A stretch of 64,000 bases of DNA from Anaerolineae bacterium (GTDB lineage: Bacteria > Chloroflexota > Anaerolineae > B4-G1 > SLSP01), in the NCBI GenBank assembly GCA_049974845.1, contig JBNGCP010000006.1, positions 22,386 through 86,385 on the forward strand. The letters run 5' to 3'. A program made the position numbers and the translations under genes. A model generated the notes under the pieces. That model did not search any database. It was given only the letters and a program-made list of their open reading frames with translations, and was not told the DNA's origin. Positions 56,700-64,000 of this stretch are shown in pieces (the first letter of the stretch is position 1; the number at the start of each line of letters is the position of its first letter).

Positions 56700-57338
56700 A
56701 TGATCAACATTCTGAAATACGGACTCGTAATTACGTTGTTGGTCGTGCTGATCGGAGGCACGGTCTATATCCTGGCACGCCCTCAGGAGGCCAGCGCTGA
56801 TCCGGTCGCGCGTGGCGTCCGGGCGTCTGAGGACGCAGCAGCGGCCCCGGGCCAGGGCTGGGGCAGATCCGGAGACCGCGACGCCGTGGAGCGTCCAGCT
56901 CCCCGGAGCGCCGACAATGGGATACGCCAGGGCGCGAATGCCGCACAAAGTGGGGCCGCACCTGACGGCGCTACGCGCGGCAGAGGCCCGAACAACGCCG
57001 ATCAGATGAGCCGTGGCTTGGGTGACGGACCGCAGGCCGCCGCCGAGGCCCCCGCATGGGAGACCATTGAGGGCATTGTCCTGGAATCAGACAACGAACT
57101 CACGGTCGATACGAGCTCTGGCAGCATCGTCGTTGGTCTAGGCCAGCAGTTCTACCGCGATGAGATGGGCTTCACCGTGGGTGAGGGCGACAGCGTGCGC
57201 GTGAGTGGCTTCTATGAGGATGGCGAGTTCAAGGCCGGCACCGTGGAGAACCTCACGACCGGCGATACGATCACATTAAGGGACGAAACAGGGCGCCCTA
57301 TGTGGGCCGGGCGGGGAAATCTGGCTAACCGCCCCTAA
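56700..57338 (+). CDS. Hypothetical secreted/membrane-anchored protein
   Basis: It has an N-terminal TM/signal and a low-complexity Ala/Gly/Arg-rich region. No domain was recognised. Confidence 0.45.
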   Translation: MINILKYGLVITLLVVLIGGTVYILARPQEASADPVARGVRASEDAAAAPGQGWGRSGDRDAVERPAPRSADNGIRQGANAAQSGAAPDGATRGRGPNNADQMSRGLGDGPQAAAEAPAWETIEGIVLESDNELTVDTSSGSIVVGLGQQFYRDEMGFTVGEGDSVRVSGFYEDGEFKAGTVENLTTGDTITLRDETGRPMWAGRGNLANRP

Positions 57339-57387
57339 CGACATCAACGTACGTCAGTCCACAAGCGATGCTCGAAGCGGCACAGGG

Positions 57388-58386
57388 CTATCGGGTGTGG
57401 CGCGTCACCTCGTCGCTGACGGCATCGAGCTCCGTCACTTCATCCTCCGTCAGCCGCCAGCCCACAGCTCCGGCGTTGGATCTCACGTGACGCGCGTTCT
57501 TGGCCCCGGGAATGGGAACCGTGCCTTTGCAGAGGGTCCAGTTCAGGGCCACCTGAGCCGACGTCTTGCCACCGTGGGCCTCGCCGATCTCCCGGATCCG
57601 TTGGACCAGCGGCTGTACCTCTCGAAGATAATCCGGTGGATATCGCCACCGTCGAATCTGACGCGGCGGGTTGTCCGGCGTGTACTTCCCCGTCAGGATC
57701 CCCATCTCCAAGGGGCTGTAGGCGATCAGCGTCACGTTGAGGTCGCGGCAGAGCTGCAGGACGCCATTGTGCTCGGGCTCTCGATGAAGCAAGCTATAGT
57801 GAACCTGATTCGAGGCCAGCACGACGTCGCGTTCCGCGAGCGTGGCGTGCGTGCGTCCCATCTGCTGTGCGCTATAGTTTGACGCGCCCACCGCCCGCGC
57901 CAGACCGGCCTCCACAGCGTCGGCCAAGGCGTGGGCCCACGTTTCGACCGGCACCGGCGGCAGCGGGAGGTGAATCTGATACAAGTCCACCTTGTCCAGT
58001 CCCAGGCGATTCAGGCTGCTCTTCAGAGCCCGAGGCAGCGAGGACCGCGTCAGCCGCCAGGGGAAGGGCACGAACTTGGTCGCGATCGTCGGGCGCGTCC
58101 CGGTCTCCGACATAAACTGCCCTAGCAGCTTCTCCGACTGCCCCAGCCCGTACATCTCCGCGGTGTCGAAGAAGTCGAGCCCCCCCTGAAGAGCCACCTC
58201 GTACGCCTCCCGAAGGTCGCGGTCAGAATAGTCGCCACGCCCGTATCCCCATATCCATCGATCACCCCACGCCCACGCCCCGATGCCCATCGGAGGAATC
58301 TTAATGCCCGTCGCTCCTAGAGCGACACGATCGTCACCAGATATCTCCATCATAGCCTCTCTTTCAGGATCGAAAGCCGTCTCCAA
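57388..58386 (-). CDS. Aldo/keto reductase
   Basis: It carries AKR signatures (GIGAWAWGD; FFDTAEMYG; IGASNYS). Confidence 0.8.
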   Translation of the reverse strand: METAFDPEREAMMEISGDDRVALGATGIKIPPMGIGAWAWGDRWIWGYGRGDYSDRDLREAYEVALQGGLDFFDTAEMYGLGQSEKLLGQFMSETGTRPTIATKFVPFPWRLTRSSLPRALKSSLNRLGLDKVDLYQIHLPLPPVPVETWAHALADAVEAGLARAVGASNYSAQQMGRTHATLAERDVVLASNQVHYSLLHREPEHNGVLQLCRDLNVTLIAYSPLEMGILTGKYTPDNPPRQIRRWRYPPDYLREVQPLVQRIREIGEAHGGKTSAQVALNWTLCKGTVPIPGAKNARHVRSNAGAVGWRLTEDEVTELDAVSDEVTRHTR

Positions 58387-58485
58387 GGATCCATCCTCCC
58401 GCCGCTTAGCGAGATCACCGTCAAATACAGCCTAGCACATCAGCAGCGGATGTCAATGTATCGCACATATATTGACGACTTATAT

Positions 58486-58514
58486 TTGACACGCCCTGAA
58501 GCCCATGGTATTAT
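58486..58514 (+). promoter_or_regulatory. Near-consensus sigma-70-type promoter (TTGACA-17-TATTAT) overlapped by direct repeats TATATTGAC/TATATTTGAC
   Basis: TTGACA lies at 58486-58491 and TATTAT at 58509-58514, about 110 nt upstream of the MerR/B12 regulator start. The tandem repeat at 58469-58491 is a plausible CarH/LitR-type operator. Confidence 0.5.
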
Positions 58515-58622
58515 AGGGGCGAAATTCGGTTAATGGAATCCCGTGGAGGATTTGCTGAGAGCGCTTGGGACTGATTGAAGCAGTCCTGGGCATGCGCACA
58601 AAGCGAGGGGAAAGAGGGAAAA

Positions 58623-59609
58623 ATGAACCAGGAGGAACCCATCTATAACATTGGCGTCGTGTCGCGTATGACGGATATACCCGCCGCGACGTTGCGCGTA
58701 TGGGAACGGCGCTATGACTTCCCCGACACGGCGCGGACCGAAGGGGGACATCGGCTGTACAGCGAGAAAGACATCGAGCGCATCCGCTGGGTCAAAGCCC
58801 GGGTTGACGAGGGCATGCAGACCCGACAGGCAGTCCGCGCCCTGCGGACCTTGGAGGAGGAGGGGACCTTCCCGGAGCCGCCGCGCGGGATCAGCCAGTC
58901 GCCATTGCCCAGCCTTCAAGGGGGGCCGGATCCGGAGGCAGATGTCGATACCTATCTTGAGTTGCTGCAAGGGAGACTGAGCGACGCCCTGGTGCAACAC
59001 GACATAGCGCGCGCCGACGGCATCTTTGACGAGGCCCTGGTCCTCTACACACCAGAGGAGATCATGCTCCAACTTATCCGCCCGACGCTCACCGAGATCG
59101 GCGAGCAGTGGTTTGAGGGGAAGATCACCATCGGGACGGAGCACCTGACGACGAGCTATCTCCGCCAGCGCCTCATGGTCTGGCTCCGCATCGGTCCTCC
59201 GACCTTCTCGGTACAGCCCACGGTCTTGGCGTGTGCGCCCGGGGAATACCACGAAGGAAGCCTGATGATCTTCGGGGCGTTGATGCGACGTCGGCGGTGG
59301 CCCATTGCCTACCTGGGTCAGTCCATTCCACTTTCGGATTTGGCGGAATTCGCCAAGAAAGCCGACCCGCTCTCCATCGTGCTGGTGGCGATGACCGAAG
59401 AGCCTGCCGAAGCGATGGCCTCGTGGCCTGAGCACTTCCCGGATGTTGCCAAGCGCGGGCGACCTATCTTTGCCTTTGGCGGCAGGGTCTTTAACGAGGA
59501 GCCGGAGTGGCGGGCCCGCATTCAGGGCCTCTTTCTGGGCGCGACCTTGACCGAGGGTGTCGAGACATTGGAACGCACGCTGCGGCGCTACACACCGCCG
59601 CTGGAATGA
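58623..59609 (+). CDS. MerR-family transcriptional regulator with C-terminal cobalamin-binding domain (CarH/LitR-like light-responsive regulator)
   Basis: It has a MerR HTH (YNIGVVSRMTDIPAATLRVWERRY…GHRLYSEKDIERIRWV) and a C-terminal B12-binding-like domain (VLACAPGEYHEGSLMIFGALMRRRRW). It starts at ATG 58623. Confidence 0.7.
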   Translation: MNQEEPIYNIGVVSRMTDIPAATLRVWERRYDFPDTARTEGGHRLYSEKDIERIRWVKARVDEGMQTRQAVRALRTLEEEGTFPEPPRGISQSPLPSLQGGPDPEADVDTYLELLQGRLSDALVQHDIARADGIFDEALVLYTPEEIMLQLIRPTLTEIGEQWFEGKITIGTEHLTTSYLRQRLMVWLRIGPPTFSVQPTVLACAPGEYHEGSLMIFGALMRRRRWPIAYLGQSIPLSDLAEFAKKADPLSIVLVAMTEEPAEAMASWPEHFPDVAKRGRPIFAFGGRVFNEEPEWRARIQGLFLGATLTEGVETLERTLRRYTPPLE

Positions 59610-59677
59610 GAGGCCCCGGCAAATCGATCAACGTCTCGACCCCGAGCGAGAGAGGGGTTCGCCGCTTCAGGGCCGTC

Positions 59678-60163
59678 CTAGAGGAGCGTTTTCGGGTCGG
59701 GTATCGTATCGGGTTCCAGCAGCGTCAGAACGTCGGCGTACCCCTCGGCCGTCATGGCCATCGGCTTGACGGACCGAACTTGCTGCAGCGCTTGCTCGGG
59801 AGATTTGCCTTGATAGGTGATCAGATATCCCGCCAGGATCGCCCCGGTTCTGTCCTGACCGGCGTAGCAATGCACCAGCGTCGGCCGATCGGCCTCCATC
59901 TGCTCGTGAATAAAGGCCCATACCGGCAATGCCTGGTAGATAAAGGCCTTCCGCATGCCGACCGAATAGAGCTTCACCGGCGGAAACTCCGCCCTGTAAT
60001 GGACAAGACCGTACGGCGTAAGATCGCCGATCGCCTCTTCAGCGGGTAAGGAGATCACCACGCGGATTCCGCCGGCATAGAGAGCCGCTGGATCCCAGGG
60101 ACGCAGCCCAGGGCCAGGTCGTCCAGCCAATAGGCGATCGATGATCCAGTAGACGTAGCGCAT
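59678..60163 (-). CDS. Dual-specificity/tyrosine protein phosphatase
   Basis: It has a CX5R P-loop (HCYAGQDRTG) and is 161 aa. Confidence 0.75.
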   Translation of the reverse strand: MRYVYWIIDRLLAGRPGPGLRPWDPAALYAGGIRVVISLPAEEAIGDLTPYGLVHYRAEFPPVKLYSVGMRKAFIYQALPVWAFIHEQMEADRPTLVHCYAGQDRTGAILAGYLITYQGKSPEQALQQVRSVKPMAMTAEGYADVLTLLEPDTIPDPKTLL

Positions 60164-60322
60164 GAGGCGATTCTACCTGCTGGCCTTTTTCTGTCAACGA
60201 TGCTCGTCAAGGACGAAAACGGCTGCTTCGAAAAAGAGAGCACCCGATCAAACGGCGAGCAGAGAGACAGTCTGTGTCCTCTTGGCGCGACAGTGACGAT
60301 GAGAGCTTTGGGGGGAGGGTAA

Positions 60323-61732
60323 ATGATGGAAACCGCAATCTGGTGGATACGCCGGGACCTGCGCCTGCGTGATAACCAAGCCCTAAAACAGGCAATGGAT
60401 GAAGCCAACGCGATCGTGCCTCTCTTCATCCTCGACCCAACTCTGTTAGCCTCACCCTATGTGGGCGACAAACGCCTCGCCTTTCTCTTCGACGGGCTGC
60501 GTGCCCTCGACAAGAGCCTGCGCGAGCGCGGAAGCCGGCTCGTGATCCGCCGTGGCGACCCGGCGTCGGTCCTCTCCAGCCTGAAAGACGAAACCGACGC
60601 GGGTGCGATCTATGCCGAGGCCGATGTATCGCCCTATGCGCGGCAGCGCGACGCGCGGGTCGCGGAAACGCTGCCCCTGCACCTGACCAACGGGCTCACA
60701 ATCCACCCCTATGACGCAGTCCTCAAGGACGATGGCGATCCCTACATCGTCTATAGCTACTACAGCCGTACTTGGAAAGCGCTGCCCCTGCCGGACCCCG
60801 GCGAGCTCACCGAACCACCGAAACGAATCGCTACACCTGAAGGCCTTTCATCAGAATCCGTCCCTGAATCGCCACAGTTGCCGGCGTCGGTCCCCTTCGT
60901 AGCCGGTGAGGAGGCCGCGTTGGAGCGTCTGAGGGCCTTCACGGAGGAGGGGATCGAGCAGTACGCCGCCAGGCGGGACCGCACGGACCTAAACGGCACG
61001 TCGGGGCTTTCACCATTCTTGCGCTTTGGCATGCTCTCCGCGCGACGCGCCGCCGTGGCCGCCCTTGAGGCGAAGGCCGCCGCCGAATCCGAGAAGGCGC
61101 GCCAGGGCGCGCAGACGTGGCTCGACGAGTTGATCTGGCGCGAGTTCTACATCTCGATTCTCTTTCACTTTCCCGGGGTTCGAGAGCACAGCTTCCGCGA
61201 GACCTATCGCGACGTCAAGTGGGAAAACGATCCCGACGCCTTCGCCGCGTGGCAGGAGGGCCGAACCGGCTATCCCATCGTCGACGCCGCGATGCATCAG
61301 CTCCAAGCGACGGGCTGGATGCACAACCGCGCGCGCATGATCGTTGCCGCGTTTTTGACCAAAGACCTGCTGATCGACTGGCGATGGGGAGAGAAGCACT
61401 TTATACAGCATCTGATCGACGGCGACCCGGCGGCCAACAACGGGGGGTGGCAATGGTCCGCCGGCACGGGCACCGATGCCGCGCCCTATTTCCGCATCTT
61501 CAACCCGGTGCTACAGGGCGAGAGACACGATCCGCACGGGGACTACATCCGACGTTGGGTGCCGGCGCTGGAGAAGGTGCCGAAGAAGTACATTCACGAG
61601 CCTTGGACCATGCCTGAGGAGGCGCAGGAGGAAAGCGGCTGCCGAATTGGCCACGACTATCCGGCCCCAATCGTGGACCATCAGGAAGCGCGAGAGCGGG
61701 CGCTGGCAGCTTACAGGCGGGCGCGCGACTAG
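60323..61732 (+). CDS. phr: Deoxyribodipyrimidine photolyase / cryptochrome family (FAD-binding)
   Basis: It has an N-terminal photolyase domain ([16 protein letters not shown]) and FAD-binding-domain motifs ([33 protein letters not shown]…NNGGWQW). Confidence 0.85.
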   Translation: MMETAIWWIRRDLRLRDNQALKQAMDEANAIVPLFILDPTLLASPYVGDKRLAFLFDGLRALDKSLRERGSRLVIRRGDPASVLSSLKDETDAGAIYAEADVSPYARQRDARVAETLPLHLTNGLTIHPYDAVLKDDGDPYIVYSYYSRTWKALPLPDPGELTEPPKRIATPEGLSSESVPESPQLPASVPFVAGEEAALERLRAFTEEGIEQYAARRDRTDLNGTSGLSPFLRFGMLSARRAAVAALEAKAAAESEKARQGAQTWLDELIWREFYISILFHFPGVREHSFRETYRDVKWENDPDAFAAWQEGRTGYPIVDAAMHQLQATGWMHNRARMIVAAFLTKDLLIDWRWGEKHFIQHLIDGDPAANNGGWQWSAGTGTDAAPYFRIFNPVLQGERHDPHGDYIRRWVPALEKVPKKYIHEPWTMPEEAQEESGCRIGHDYPAPIVDHQEARERALAAYRRARD

Positions 61733-61787
61733 CCTCAACGGCTGGCTGCAGCAACTCACCATCGCCGGCGCGGATAGGGGGTATGCG

Positions 61788-62588
61788 ATGAAGACAACAC
61801 GACACGTGCTGCCAAGGCTCCTCGCCGTGGCATTCGGCATTCTGGTGCTCCTCGTCGGCGGTTTCGTGCTGTGGGGAAGCACGCCGCTCGGCCCGACAGA
61901 GGCGGCTTTGACAGCGCTGAACTCCGATGAGGCGGTCGAGGTGATGGACGGCCCATGGCTCACGTTCCGGCCGACCAAGGCCGATACGGTGACCGGCCTG
62001 ATCCTCTATCCCGGCGGAAGGGTGGATCCACGCTCCTACGCGCCTCTGGCGCGGGCCATCGCCGCCCGCGGACACCTGGTCATCGTGATACCGATGCCCC
62101 TCAACCTGGCGGTCCTGGCGCCCGATCGCGCCGATGGCGTGATGGCCGCTTATCCCTCGGTGGCGACATGGGCCGTGGGCGGACACTCACTGGGCGGGGC
62201 AATGGCGGCGCGCTATGCCGATCGCCACGAGGATGTCCTCGATGGCCTGGTGCTGTGGGCAGCGTATCCGGCCTCCTCCAACGACCTCTCGAACCACGAC
62301 CTGGCGGCGCTCTCCATCTACGCGACACAGGATGGGCTGATGACCGTGCAGGAACGCACGGACTCGGAAGCACTCCTGCCCGCCAACACCTGCTGGGTCG
62401 TAATTGACGGTGGCAACCACGCGCAATTCGGCGACTATGGTGCGCAGCGCGGTGACAACCCCGCGTCGATCTCCAAGTCCGAACAGCATGCGGAAGTCGT
62501 AGACGCCACCGCGTCTTTCCTCAGGCAGCTCGGCGGCAGCGAGAGTCCTGAGGCGCTGATATGCTCGCAGATCGGAGGTGCTCCGTGA
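61788..62588 (+). CDS. Alpha/beta hydrolase-fold protein
   Basis: The real start is ATG 61788 (MKTTRHVLPRLLAV…). It has a nucleophile-elbow-like GGHSLGG. The upstream part of track ORF 61476.. is a frame artefact. Confidence 0.7.
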   Translation: MKTTRHVLPRLLAVAFGILVLLVGGFVLWGSTPLGPTEAALTALNSDEAVEVMDGPWLTFRPTKADTVTGLILYPGGRVDPRSYAPLARAIAARGHLVIVIPMPLNLAVLAPDRADGVMAAYPSVATWAVGGHSLGGAMAARYADRHEDVLDGLVLWAAYPASSNDLSNHDLAALSIYATQDGLMTVQERTDSEALLPANTCWVVIDGGNHAQFGDYGAQRGDNPASISKSEQHAEVVDATASFLRQLGGSESPEALICSQIGGAP

Positions 62589-63559
62589 AGCCGTGGCTGC
62601 GATTCCTGCTGATAGGCCTCGCCATCGTTCTAGCCCTGCTGCTGATCGGCCCGTTCTTGATTCCCGTACCGCCGCTGGAGGACACGGTCCCACCAGAGCA
62701 GCTCGCCGATCCCGACAGCCGCTTCGTCGAGGTCGACGGCGTCACCTTCCACTACAAGCAGGAAGGCGAGGGAACGCCCGTCCTGCTGCTGCTCCACGGC
62801 TTTGGGGCGAGCACCTTCTCCTGGCGCGAGGTGATGACCCCGCTGGCACAGATCGGCACGGTGATCGCCTTTGACCGTCCTGCGTTTGGCCTGACCGAGC
62901 GTCCAATGCGCGATACCGAAATGTGGCCCGGCTATAACCCCTACGATTACGAGGCGCAGCCGCGCCTGACGATCGGCCTGATGGATGCGCTAGGCGTCGA
63001 GTCCGCCATCTTGGTGGGGAACTCAGCCGGCGGGACCGTCGCGATGCTGGCGGCGCTGGCGTATCCCGAGCGCGTCGAGGCCCTGATCTTGGTCGATGCC
63101 GCGGTCTACGCCGGAGGGGGCACGCCCGCCCTTGTCCAGCCTCTGCTGAACACGCCTCAGATGCGTCGCCTGGGCCCCCTCATTGTACGCCGCATTCGCG
63201 ACTGGAGCGTTCAGTTCGGACGCTCTGCCTGGCACGATCCCGACAGGATTGCCCCTGAGTTCTGGGAGGGCTACCAGCGACCGCTGAGGGCCGAGAATTG
63301 GGACCGCGCGCTCTGGGAGCTTACCAGCAGCTCGCGCCAGCCCAACCTGCCGGACCGTCTCGATGAGCTGACGCTGCCGACGCTGGTTATAACCGGGGAT
63401 GACGACCGTATCGTCCCGACCGAGCAGAGCGTACGCCTGGCGGGCGAGATGCCCAACGCCGAGCTCGTGGTGCTCGCAAGCTGTGGACACATTCCTCAAG
63501 AGGAGTGCCCCGGCCCCTGGCTGGAGGCGGTGACCGCATTCATCGATCGGCTGCCATGA
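62585..63559 (+). CDS. Alpha/beta hydrolase (haloalkane dehalogenase/epoxide hydrolase-like fold)
   Basis: It has HGFGAS and the GNSAGG nucleophile elbow. The probable GTG start overlaps the upstream stop (GTGA). Confidence 0.7.
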   Translation: MKPWLRFLLIGLAIVLALLLIGPFLIPVPPLEDTVPPEQLADPDSRFVEVDGVTFHYKQEGEGTPVLLLLHGFGASTFSWREVMTPLAQIGTVIAFDRPAFGLTERPMRDTEMWPGYNPYDYEAQPRLTIGLMDALGVESAILVGNSAGGTVAMLAALAYPERVEALILVDAAVYAGGGTPALVQPLLNTPQMRRLGPLIVRRIRDWSVQFGRSAWHDPDRIAPEFWEGYQRPLRAENWDRALWELTSSSRQPNLPDRLDELTLPTLVITGDDDRIVPTEQSVRLAGEMPNAELVVLASCGHIPQEECPGPWLEAVTAFIDRLP

Positions 63560-63657
63560 TGTACAAGACGGACGCGGCGCAGGCCGCAGAGCCGTGACAC
63601 CTCGGTTCTTGCCTTTTCCCCGCTTGTGCCCATACTTGTAGCCGCGTGAGGTGACCA

Positions 63658-64000
63658 TGAAGGCGAAAATCCTTAGTCAGAACGAAGAAGCCATCCTAGG
63701 CGTTGAGCGCTACTGGCTCACGCGGCTTCAGGTTGCGCTGGCACAATTCCCGGCGACGCCTGAGGATCGCGAGGCCCTGGAGCGATCGGTGCGCCAGCTC
63801 GACGAGATCTTTCTTATCGTCGTCGTCGGCGAGTTCAATGCCGGAAAATCGGCGTTGATCAACGCGCTCTTTGGCGAGCCCCTCCTAGAAATGGGCGTAA
63901 CCCCGACAACGACCCGCATCCATCTGCTCAAACACGGCGAGAGTGTGGAGCGGGTGGCAGTCGAGGCTGAGGTGGACGTCTACACGCTGCCGGCGCCCAT
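63658..64000 (+). CDS. Dynamin-family GTPase, 5' partial (runs off window end)
   Basis: It starts at ATG 63658: MKAKILSQNEE…FLIVVVGEFNAGKSALINALFG (G1/P-loop)…TPTTT. There is no stop within the window. Confidence 0.65.

Noticed and set aside
61476-62588. A 370-aa ORF for the hydrolase that overlaps the photolyase 3' end
   Set aside because: The upstream 104 codons overlap photolyase in another frame. A convincing start with a hydrophobic signal-like N-terminus is at ATG 61788.

Overview
This is a high-GC (~63-65%), densely coding bacterial chromosomal segment. Several genes (LysM/YkuD, BMP-family ABC, CarH-like regulator plus photolyase, serpin) fit a Chloroflexota/Thermomicrobia-like organism, but that is a low-confidence guess. 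Most of the window is ordinary housekeeping or accessory content: priA, murJ, an inositol-monophosphatase-family gene, rtcA, rnz, a BMP-family nucleoside-type ABC operon, a GldA/GldF/GldG-like ABC with a DUF4340 gene, malQ, a ZIP transporter with an OmpR-type two-component pair, and a CarH/LitR-like MerR-B12 regulator with a photolyase. The stand-out region is an eight-gene minus-strand operon at ~23.4-32.7 kb. It encodes two paralogous ~600-aa membrane proteins that end in the identical tail SSCACACAGCACACACAGGGR, one canonical radical-SAM/SPASM enzyme, one degenerate paralog that has lost CxxxCxxC but kept the SPASM Cys cluster, a stand-alone MetH-activation-domain-like protein, a class I SAM methyltransferase and two small membrane proteins. 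I read this as a candidate protein-tail, RiPP-like post-translational modification system. Secondary observations are a decayed locus at 32.8-35.5 kb (an MFS gene with a 5-bp tandem-duplication frameshift, and PEP-utilising-enzyme remnants fused out of frame to a LuxR/MalT N-terminal fragment), a light-response module with a near-consensus promoter and direct repeats, and several hairpins. I recognised no rRNA, tRNA or CRISPR array.
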